Made by a program: the position numbers and the translations under genes
Notes under the pieces: generated by a model
What the model was told of the DNA's origin: nothing
The model's database searches: none
What the model saw: the letters and a program-made list of their open reading frames with translations, nothing else
In this document: positions 7,207-13,388 of the stretch, one piece after another
Layout of the letters: each line of letters opens with the position of its first letter
How positions within the stretch are numbered: position 1 is the first letter of the stretch
Origin: Candidatus Colwellbacteria bacterium
GTDB taxonomy: Bacteria; Patescibacteriota; Minisyncoccia; UBA6257; Colwellbacteraceae
Assembly (NCBI GenBank): GCA_028718505.1
Contig: JAQULQ010000007.1
Coordinates: forward strand, 6,353 to 30,352
Direction of reading: 5' to 3'
Length of the DNA stretch: 24,000 nucleotides

Positions 7207-7998
7207 ATGAACTCGATTCATCAGATTAAGCAAAATAGTATCGCTGAATTTGGATCTGTTGCCACACAAAGTCAGTATAAGGAAATTGCCGAGGCGGGGC
7301 TTTGGGAAAGCGAGACAATGCTGATCGAAAAGTACTTCGCGCCAGAGATAAGTGTACTTGATGTGGGTTGTGGTTCGGGAAGAACGACTATACCGCTACA
7401 CCAAGCTGGGTATAGTGTTATCGGAGTTGATATAACTCCCGAGATGATTAATACAGCGCGAAGTGTAGCTAAGTCCAAAAATCTTGAAATAGACTATCTG
7501 GTCGGCGACGCCACACAGCTAGAGTTCGATGATAACACCTTCGAGGGAGCGATTTTCGCAAATAACGGGTGGTCCCAAATTCCAGGGAAAGACAATCGTC
7601 AGAAAACCTTAAATGAGATCTACCGAATTTTAAAGCCAGGCGGTATCTTTATATTTACCGCACACAAAAGATATATATCATTAAACAACTTTTTATCCTG
7701 GTCAGTAGAATGGATAAAGTATCACTTACTAGTTGGCCTTGGTATAAAAATGAAAGGGATTGATTACGGAGATATATTTTTTAGACGAAAATATGATAAA
7801 ACCCAGAGACAATTTATGCATATGGTAGGTACAGAAGAAGTCGCAGGGCAAGTAAAAAAGGCGGGCTTTACGCTCGTTCTAGAGAGGGGGATGGGAGACA
7901 TCTCTGAATCAGACGCAAAAGCAATGAGGGGATCTTTATCTAAGACGTTCAATTCCTATAAATCACCGGTCTTTTATGTTTGTGAAAAACCGAGTTAA
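7207..7998 (+). CDS. Class I SAM-dependent methyltransferase
   Basis: VLDVGCGSGRTTIPL (motif I), DDNTFEGAIF and ILKPGGIFIF. The ATG at 7207 is preferred over the TTG at 7174, which lies in the repeat. Confidence 0.8.
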   Translation: MNSIHQIKQNSIAEFGSVATQSQYKEIAEAGLWESETMLIEKYFAPEISVLDVGCGSGRTTIPLHQAGYSVIGVDITPEMINTARSVAKSKNLEIDYLVGDATQLEFDDNTFEGAIFANNGWSQIPGKDNRQKTLNEIYRILKPGGIFIFTAHKRYISLNNFLSWSVEWIKYHLLVGLGIKMKGIDYGDIFFRRKYDKTQRQFMHMVGTEEVAGQVKKAGFTLVLERGMGDISESDAKAMRGSLSKTFNSYKSPVFYVCEKPS

Positions 7999-8000
7999 CA

Positions 8001-8067
8001 CCAGACCGGAGAGGTCAGCACTTCGGCAAAGCTCGGTGTAAACCAAGTCGTGCTAGCACGAGACGGG
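8001..8067 (+). repeat. Junction repeat J5: A + insert + CCAAGT hinge + B
   Basis: CCAGACCGGAGAGGTCAGCACTTCGGC...AAACCAAGTCGTGCTAGCACGAGACGGG. Confidence 0.8.
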
Positions 8068-8075
8068 TTATAAAC

Positions 8076-8669
8076 ATGACCGAGAAAGAGATTCTAAATC
8101 TTATACAGGCGGATAAATGGATGATGAGGGTTCTTTTAACCGCATCATCTCTCAATCTTAAAGATTGGGCCGTGGGCGCCGGATTTGTTAGGAATAAAGT
8201 GTGGGATTATTTGTCCGGAAAGACTAGAGAGACAGTTGACACAAATGATATTGATTTAGTTTATTTTGATCCAAATGGGAATAACGAAGAGGCTGACAAA
8301 GAATTATCGAAGGAGATGTTAACTCGGACTGGCCTTGATTGGGAGATTGTGAATCAATGCTATGCACACAAGTGGAACAACGTCCCGCCATACAAATCTA
8401 CAAAAGACGCCATAGCACACTGGCCAGAAACAGTGACCGCTATAGGAGTGACTATTGATAAAAATAACAAGCTTAAACTCATTGCCCCGTATGGGATAGG
8501 GGATTTAGTTCACTTCATTGTCAGGCTAAGTCCAAAATTTGAGGGCGGAAGTGGAGTGCTGCAAGAAAGGGTCCGCAAGAAACAGTGGCTAGAGAAATGG
8601 CCAGGGCTTAAGATAGTCAATGAAGGTGCTAGGCCGGAAGGGCCAGCACCTTCGATAAACTCAGTATAA
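8076..8669 (+). CDS. Nucleotidyltransferase family protein (DUF925/NTP_transf_6-like)
   Basis: WAVGAGFVRNKVWDYL...DIDLVYFD is a typical N-terminal nucleotidyltransferase-fold signature of this family. Confidence 0.7.
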   Translation: MTEKEILNLIQADKWMMRVLLTASSLNLKDWAVGAGFVRNKVWDYLSGKTRETVDTNDIDLVYFDPNGNNEEADKELSKEMLTRTGLDWEIVNQCYAHKWNNVPPYKSTKDAIAHWPETVTAIGVTIDKNNKLKLIAPYGIGDLVHFIVRLSPKFEGGSGVLQERVRKKQWLEKWPGLKIVNEGARPEGPAPSINSV

Positions 8670-8670
8670 A

Positions 8671-8695
8671 CCATCTAGTGCTAGACCGAGGAGAG
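8671..8695 (+). repeat. Junction repeat J6: CCATCT hinge + B (no A)
   Basis: CCATCTAGTGCTAGACCGAGGAGAG. It contains GACCGAGGAG (8684-8693), which is repeated at 11290-11299. Confidence 0.75.
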
Positions 8696-8705
8696 TATCC
8701 TTACG

Positions 8706-8734
8706 TTGACAGAATATATTAATTGTGTTATAAG
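8706..8734 (+). promoter_or_regulatory. Near-consensus sigma70 promoter TTGACA-N17-TATAAG
   Basis: TTGACA at 8706-8711 and TATAAG at 8729-8734, about 135 nt upstream of the ATG at 8871. Confidence 0.7.
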
Positions 8735-8784
8735 CTGTGCTAGTTCTATTATAATTTCAATCTTTGCGACAAGTAGACAACCTA

Positions 8785-8863
8785 CAGGGTAAGGAAAGTG
8801 TTTATCAAATATTTGGTAGATACTTTCCTTACCTTGTACTCCGATCTGGGGGTAAGGAGAAAG
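8785..8863 (+). promoter_or_regulatory. Structured 5' leader with SD mimic / anti-SD / SD arrangement
   Basis: A 15-bp hairpin pairs CAGGGTAAGGAAAGT (8785-8799) with ACTTTCCTTACCTTG (8822-8836). The real SD region GGTAAGGAGAAAG (8851-8863) nearly duplicates the 5' arm. Confidence 0.55.
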
Positions 8864-8870
8864 AGGCACC

Positions 8871-9419
8871 ATGCCCGATCGTGAGACAGTTGATATCAGC
8901 GGCCTCTCCAAGGCAGCAGTTCTCGCTGTTCTCTGGAACCACTCGGCTCCCGCCGGAATGGGATTCCTCCAAGCGGCTCTCGGACCCAAAGACGGTATGA
9001 CGGAGGAGGCGGCTTGGGAGATCATCAAGGCCAATGTCGATCCGGACTATCCCGGGCCTCGCACCATGCGGGGAAGCAACCTCAGCTTCGAATACCTCTT
9101 CGGTAGGCCTCTGAAGATCGATCTCGTCGAGAACGAGTTCGATCCGTGGGGCTATGACCGGGACAATGGTGGCGACGGCACGGCCCAACGGATCATCAAC
9201 CAACTCCGTGAAACCGGCGAGGTCAATCCGCCGGAGGCACAGGCCGGACACCGCTCGAAGGTCATCCTCAACGCCCACAGGGCGATGGAGATGGTCAACA
9301 CCGTCTCGACTCTCGAGAAGGGCGGCGGCGTTGCCATATTCCACCTCGGTGCAGACGAGCTCGCCGAGCCGTTGGAGAAGGCCATAGACACTGTCGTCGA
9401 CCGTGTCGAGAGCAGCTGA
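8871..9419 (+). CDS. Hypothetical protein (GC-rich orphan b, 182 aa)
   Basis: Strong SD (GGTAAGGAG) with a GC-rich codon pattern. Overlapping minus-strand ORFs are shadows. I cannot assign a family. Notable motif: GRPLKIDL...FDPWGYDRDNGGDG. Confidence 0.65.
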   Translation: MPDRETVDISGLSKAAVLAVLWNHSAPAGMGFLQAALGPKDGMTEEAAWEIIKANVDPDYPGPRTMRGSNLSFEYLFGRPLKIDLVENEFDPWGYDRDNGGDGTAQRIINQLRETGEVNPPEAQAGHRSKVILNAHRAMEMVNTVSTLEKGGGVAIFHLGADELAEPLEKAIDTVVDRVESS

Positions 9420-9466
9420 TTCACTGACGGAACTCCGTCAAAGCGGCTGCGTCTACTTGTCGCATC

Positions 9467-9517
9467 CGCTTCCATAAATGTGTATTTATGCTGATGAGCT
9501 CAAAAGAGCGAAAAGCG
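9467..9517 (+). ncRNA. Hammerhead self-cleaving ribozyme, type III
   Basis: Stem III CGCUU/AAGCG. C17 at 9472. Stem I is 7 bp, CAUAAAU-GUGU-AUUUAUG. Core CUGAUGA at 9491-9497. Stem II is GCUC-AAAA-GAGC. Core GAA at 9510-9512. A15.1-U16.1 pair is present. Confidence 0.8.
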
Positions 9518-9547
9518 TTACTCTTCTATATAAATCATAGATTATTT

Positions 9548-9561
9548 CAGACCAAGGGGGT
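9548..9561 (+). repeat. Junction element A-like
   Basis: CAGACCAAGGGGGT, compared with CAGACCGGAGGGGT. Confidence 0.45.
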
Positions 9562-9572
9562 TTTTAATATCT

Positions 9573-9624
9573 AAAAAGAACGAGGCCCGCACCGGAAGAC
9601 GACACCGGTGCGAAACACTCGTTC
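9573..9624 (-). terminator. Intrinsic terminator of minus-strand operon (orphans c-d)
   Basis: Nested stems GAACGAG/CTCGTTC (9578-9584 with 9618-9624) and GCACCGG/CCGGTGC (9589-9595 with 9605-9611). The A-run at 9573-9577 reads as a U-run on the minus strand. Confidence 0.75.
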
Positions 9625-9646
9625 CTGATGTCGGCCCCAGTGAGGG

Positions 9647-9660
9647 CCATCTCTAGCTGC
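9647..9660 (+). repeat. Junction hinge + B-like
   Basis: CCATCTCTAGCTGC, compared with CCATCTAGTGCTAG. Confidence 0.45.
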
Positions 9661-9680
9661 TGCCCCCGTCGTTCAAGGCG

Positions 9681-10148
9681 TTACGATGATGCCGGAAAGA
9701 AGTGGGCGACGTGACTCTGGGGCACTCGCATAATGACACGCTGACCCTGCTCGAGCTTCAGGTCGGCCTCCGCCACGACTTCCGGGAGTTCGTCGCCGAA
9801 GGCAATGATCTCTGCCCTCTTAGCGTCGTCGGGGTACGAAACGATTACCCACTTGCCTTCATACTCCGGCTCCATGAGCTGTTCCTGGATACGAACCGGT
9901 ATAACCTGGATGACCTTGCCCCTCCCGTGAAGCACGTCTTCGAGCCAGTGAATGATCCTGCGCTGGAAGGACAGGATCGGGAAGACCGCCAGAAGGTTGC
10001 CAAAGACCATAGACAGCCACCACGGGCTGTGGCCGACCACTATCCACGCGATCGCGAAGAACCCGGGGAGGAAGAGGACCACGACGAGAAGGCAGAGGAT
10101 GAGTGTCAGAAGCGCCAGAAGCCTCAGAATATTGAGAAACGTTCTCAT
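9681..10148 (-). CDS. Hypothetical protein, 2 N-terminal TM helices + soluble C-terminal domain (orphan d)
   Basis: 155 aa with AGGAGG 8 nt upstream of the ATG. GC-rich and second in a two-gene operon. Confidence 0.6.
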   Translation of the reverse strand: MRTFLNILRLLALLTLILCLLVVVLFLPGFFAIAWIVVGHSPWWLSMVFGNLLAVFPILSFQRRIIHWLEDVLHGRGKVIQVIPVRIQEQLMEPEYEGKWVIVSYPDDAKRAEIIAFGDELPEVVAEADLKLEQGQRVIMRVPQSHVAHFFPASS

Positions 10149-10210
10149 TTCGAAAACCTCCTACTCGCGAATAGTCCAGAGATAACAGCTTATTGCGGCG
10201 TAGCGGGTGA

Positions 10211-10555
10211 TCAAAGTCCTCTTCTCGCGCGCTTGGAGGCTCTGATCTTTCTGATGAAGGCTCGCATCACTGTCTCAGGGTTGTCGCCCGGCTCGATACG
10301 CAAGACCGTCCCGTTCCAACTGGAGAGAACCGACGCATAAGCTGTTCTCGCTTTGTCCAGCTGGGACCGGACAATTTCACGCAGGAGCTGACCTGCATAG
10401 GGTTGATAGTAGAGGGTGTGCCCATAACCGGCATTGGGAGACTCCAGAATCGCCAGCAAAAGACTAGCGACGTCCTCTGGAATGCCTCCGTGCGCCACGA
10501 GGGCATTGACTTCCCTTTCAGCGTCTCGAACAGCCAATTCGTAGTTGCACGCCAC
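10211..10555 (-). CDS. Hypothetical protein (orphan c, 114 aa)
   Basis: GTG start at 10555, 8 nt after AGGAG. GC-rich and first gene after the conserved leader. Confidence 0.55.
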   Translation of the reverse strand: MACNYELAVRDAEREVNALVAHGGIPEDVASLLLAILESPNAGYGHTLYYQPYAGQLLREIVRSQLDKARTAYASVLSSWNGTVLRIEPGDNPETVMRAFIRKIRASKRARRGL

Positions 10556-10563
10556 GTTTTCTT

Positions 10564-10674
10564 CTCCTATGTCGAGGTGTCTATATCCAACAAGGTGTTG
10601 GCCACAGATACCTCGACACAGATATTAATTTAAAAGAACATTCTCTGTATGCCACGTGAAGACTACATAGTCAA
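10564..10674 (-). promoter_or_regulatory. Promoter TTGACT-N17-CATACA plus conserved structured leader, copy 2
   Basis: On the minus strand, the -35 box is at 10674-10669 and the -10 box at 10651-10646. A long hairpin spans 10570-10618, and AGGAG is at 10568-10564. Homologous to 6239-6354. Confidence 0.65.
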
Positions 10675-10762
10675 TACGTCTGGCGCCTAAAATATGTACG
10701 TACACTGATCTAGGGAGGTAGAGTCTAGTGTTGAAATAAATTTATTAATACTCATAAACGCA

Positions 10763-10792
10763 GGAACCCCACCACCGGAATGGCGGGGTTCC
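10763..10792 (-). terminator. Probable terminator of orphan e
   Basis: GGAACCCC (10763-10770) pairs with GGGGTTCC (10785-10792). The minus strand continues UGCGUUUAUG. Confidence 0.5.
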
Positions 10793-10810
10793 GCAATTCG
10801 GTAGTGGGGT

Positions 10811-11155
10811 CTATTCAGAGATGACGAGATGGAGTTCACCTCTACGGTTAGCGATGCTGAAGAGTGCCGTGAACTTCAGCCCCATCAGTCTCAGTTCGTA
10901 CTGCATGCCGCTTGGGACGTCGACGATAACGCCCTCGACATCCCATTCGGTCCTATCGCTACCAACGCGATGAAGCCCGTCGATGACTGCCTCGATCCAT
11001 CGACCTGACGACAAGATGTTCCTCACGCTCGGATGCTCAAGCGTGAACCTCACTACTGGTCGATAGTGAGGAGTAGCCCCGTGCGTCCCGAGCAAGGAGA
11101 TGCCCATGTCGAGCAGTGATGGACCATCGATGATGAAGATGTCCCGATCGGTCAT
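10811..11155 (-). CDS. Hypothetical protein (orphan e, 114 aa)
   Basis: ATG at 11155 preceded by TTAGGAGGTCGG. The ORF-track start at 11260 runs through the leader hairpins and promoter. Confidence 0.55.
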   Translation of the reverse strand: MTDRDIFIIDGPSLLDMGISLLGTHGATPHYRPVVRFTLEHPSVRNILSSGRWIEAVIDGLHRVGSDRTEWDVEGVIVDVPSGMQYELRLMGLKFTALFSIANRRGELHLVISE

Positions 11156-11286
11156 CCGACCTCCTAAGGTGCAAGCCCTTATTGAGCAAGAGCAACTCCT
11201 TCCTGAGATTTCTCCCAGAGACCTGATTATCCAATCAGGAATTGTAAGAAAAAAGTACAACTATTATTGACGTACGTCAAATAACC

Positions 11287-11301
11287 CCTGACCGAGGAGC
11301 C
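11287..11301 (+). repeat. Junction element (CCTGACCGAGGAGCC)
   Basis: Contains GACCGAGGAG (11290-11299), identical to 8684-8693. CCTGACCGA recurs at 16660 and 22000. Confidence 0.6.
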
Positions 11302-11464
11302 TAATTCCGCTACATTGTCGTGGCGGACAGACAAAGAAAAGAGCGAAAGAAAGAATGGCGGGGACAGATGGGCGAGAGAATGACTTGAATTCTAATTTTG
11401 GTTAGAATAATCGCTATAGCGTTGAGCTTAGCTCTGTAAGTTAAGCTGCGTGTATACGTATTAG

Positions 11465-11992
11465 ATGATGAGGGCAGGAAATTTGAGAGAAGAATTCACC
11501 AGAGCATATGATAGTTATGCAGATGCAATTTTCAGACATTGCTACTTCAGAGTATCTGACAAAGAGAAGGCAAAGGATCTGATGCAGGAAACTTTTATCC
11601 GTACCTGGGACTACATCGAAAAGGGCAATAAGATTCAATTTAAAAAGATAAAATCTTTTCTGTATAAAACTGCCAGCAACCTGATTATTGATGAATACCG
11701 TAAGAACAAAGGTACTACCTCGTTGGAAGGGTTGCGGGACAAAGGTTTTGAGATTGGGATCAAGCCGGAGCTGGATCGAGCCGCGGATGTTCAGATAGAA
11801 GTGAGGAGGGTAATGGAGGTCTTAGACGACTTAGGCAAACAATATAGGGAGGTGGTAATTATGAGATATATAGACGGACTTGCCCCAAAGGAAATTTCTG
11901 AGATAACGGGGGATACAACTAATAACGTCTCGGTGAAGCTTAATCGCGCAGTGAGAAATATTAAAGAGATTATTGCAGCAGATGAAGAATAA
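11465..11992 (+). CDS. RNA polymerase sigma factor, ECF (sigma-70 group 4)
   Basis: Region 2 is DLMQETFIRTWDY. Region 4 HTH is REVVIMRYIDGLAPKEISEITGDTTNNVSVKLNRAVRNIKE. TATACG lies 6 nt upstream of the ATG. Confidence 0.85.
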   Translation: MMRAGNLREEFTRAYDSYADAIFRHCYFRVSDKEKAKDLMQETFIRTWDYIEKGNKIQFKKIKSFLYKTASNLIIDEYRKNKGTTSLEGLRDKGFEIGIKPELDRAADVQIEVRRVMEVLDDLGKQYREVVIMRYIDGLAPKEISEITGDTTNNVSVKLNRAVRNIKEIIAADEE

Positions 11993-13169
11993 AACAAAAA
12001 GTTTATTCCAGGGTGCTGATAAAATGACTCTGACCGATAAGGAGAAAGAGGGAGTTAAATACATCATTAATGCGTATATCGACACCCACCCCGTAAGAGT
12101 CGGGCTCTTAGAACGTATTAGAGAGCAAAGGTCGGCAAGGAAATCAAAGTTAAGAATAATGCCATTAGCATTAGCATTACTACTGACTTTTAGCGGGGGA
12201 ACCGCACTGGCGGCTAGCGGATCTCTACCAGGAGACCTACTCTATCCGGTGAAAGTCGGTATAAACGAGCAACTTAGAGGAGCAATAGCTTTTACTAGTG
12301 AGGCCCAGGCGAATTATCAGGGCGATCTTGCTGCCAGAAGGATAGCAGAGATGGAGCAGCTCGCCGCCGAGGGAAAACTAGGAGCGGACATAAAAGAAAA
12401 AGCCGAGGCTCGCTTTGAGAAACACTCAGAGAAAACACTTGATTTGATTGAGAAGCTGGAGGCAAAGGGAAACTTTAAAGCCGCAGCTGCCGTAAGCTCC
12501 AGGTTTGAGGCTTCTTTGGAGGCCCACGAAGAGCTAATAGCTGAGATGTCCGAGAGGGGAGAATCTATAAGAACTCGCCTTGCGGACATACAAACAAGAA
12601 TAAATTCAAGGTTAAATGCAGCAGCTCAAGCAAGAATTGACGCAGAAGCTCAGATAACAGCAGAAGGCGAACAAGCTAAGAGCGAGTTGCGGGCTTCCAT
12701 AGAAACTAGAGCAAGACAATCTGAAAGGGAAATTAGCTCTGCTGAAAGTGAGCTTAGGAAATACGAGGCCGGGCTTAGTAGCCGAGTGAAGGCCGAGGTG
12801 GAAGCCAGGATCAAGGCCGCTGAAGACGCTCACGCAAACGGCGTAGCGCAAATGGAGGTTAATAATCCTACTGCCGCTCTCAAATACTTCCAGAACTCGG
12901 TAAATCTTACATACCAGTCTGAAGTGATGATGAGGTCGTGGATATCTTTCGCTCTTAAACTCGAGGAAAGAAATAGATTCCAAGGCGGAGACGGGGACGA
13001 TGTTTCCAACGACAACGTCGATGAAGTTGAACAGGAGGAAGAAAGTAGCCAAGAAGAAAGCAACATCGAAACCGAGACTAACATGGGAGGTAGTATCGAT
13101 GTTGATACGGGCGGTCTGGACGCCGGAGTGAACGGTAGGCTTGATGGCCAGATTAGAATAGGATCGTAG
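11973..13169 (+). CDS. Putative anti-sigma / DUF5667-like single-pass coiled-coil protein
   Basis: Overlaps the sigma gene end. A TM segment (LRIMPLALALLLTF) is followed by PGDLLYPVKVGINE and a long Ala/Glu-rich coiled coil. Start is ambiguous (11973, 11982 or 12024). Confidence 0.6.
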   Translation: MQQMKNKTKSLFQGADKMTLTDKEKEGVKYIINAYIDTHPVRVGLLERIREQRSARKSKLRIMPLALALLLTFSGGTALAASGSLPGDLLYPVKVGINEQLRGAIAFTSEAQANYQGDLAARRIAEMEQLAAEGKLGADIKEKAEARFEKHSEKTLDLIEKLEAKGNFKAAAAVSSRFEASLEAHEELIAEMSERGESIRTRLADIQTRINSRLNAAAQARIDAEAQITAEGEQAKSELRASIETRARQSEREISSAESELRKYEAGLSSRVKAEVEARIKAAEDAHANGVAQMEVNNPTAALKYFQNSVNLTYQSEVMMRSWISFALKLEERNRFQGGDGDDVSNDNVDEVEQEEESSQEESNIETETNMGGSIDVDTGGLDAGVNGRLDGQIRIGS

Positions 13170-13196
13170 AGAGTCTTCTCAGGGGGTAAACCACGG

Positions 13197-13232
13197 ACAA
13201 AACCTCGCATTCAAGTGCGGGGTTTTGTTCGT
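13197..13232 (+). terminator. Intrinsic terminator
   Basis: A 13-bp stem pairs ACAAAACCTCGCA with TGCGGGGTTTTGT, with a TTCAAG loop. Confidence 0.65.
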
Positions 13233-13388
13233 ATACGCAACAAGGAAAGGACGTTCATTCAGTGCCTTCTCATAGAGACGACTACGGTGAAAAGGGGGCC
13301 GGCCAAACAGAGCATAGCATTGGGGTGGCTGAGATGTATAATTTAATTAGGTCGTCGGGTTAAACGTACAAACCAATTTTGAATAAAT

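Noticed and set aside
9111-9134. Second hammerhead-like string: CTGAAGA-TCGA-TCTCG-TCGA-GAAC.
   Set aside because: It lies inside the coding region of orphan b. Position 15.1 is C instead of the required A, stem II opens with U-A rather than G-C, and no flanking stems I or III can be drawn. Other CTGATGA occurrences (1919, 10248, 13579; minus strand at 7218, 20586) also lack stem II and GAAA.
6543-11260. Upstream-extended starts given by the ORF track for 6543, 7174, 6335(-) and 11260(-).
   Set aside because: The extensions run through junction repeats, promoters or leader hairpins. Internal ATG codons (6600, 7207, 6182, 11155) have better context: SD for the GC-rich genes, or the conserved domain start for the AT-rich ones.
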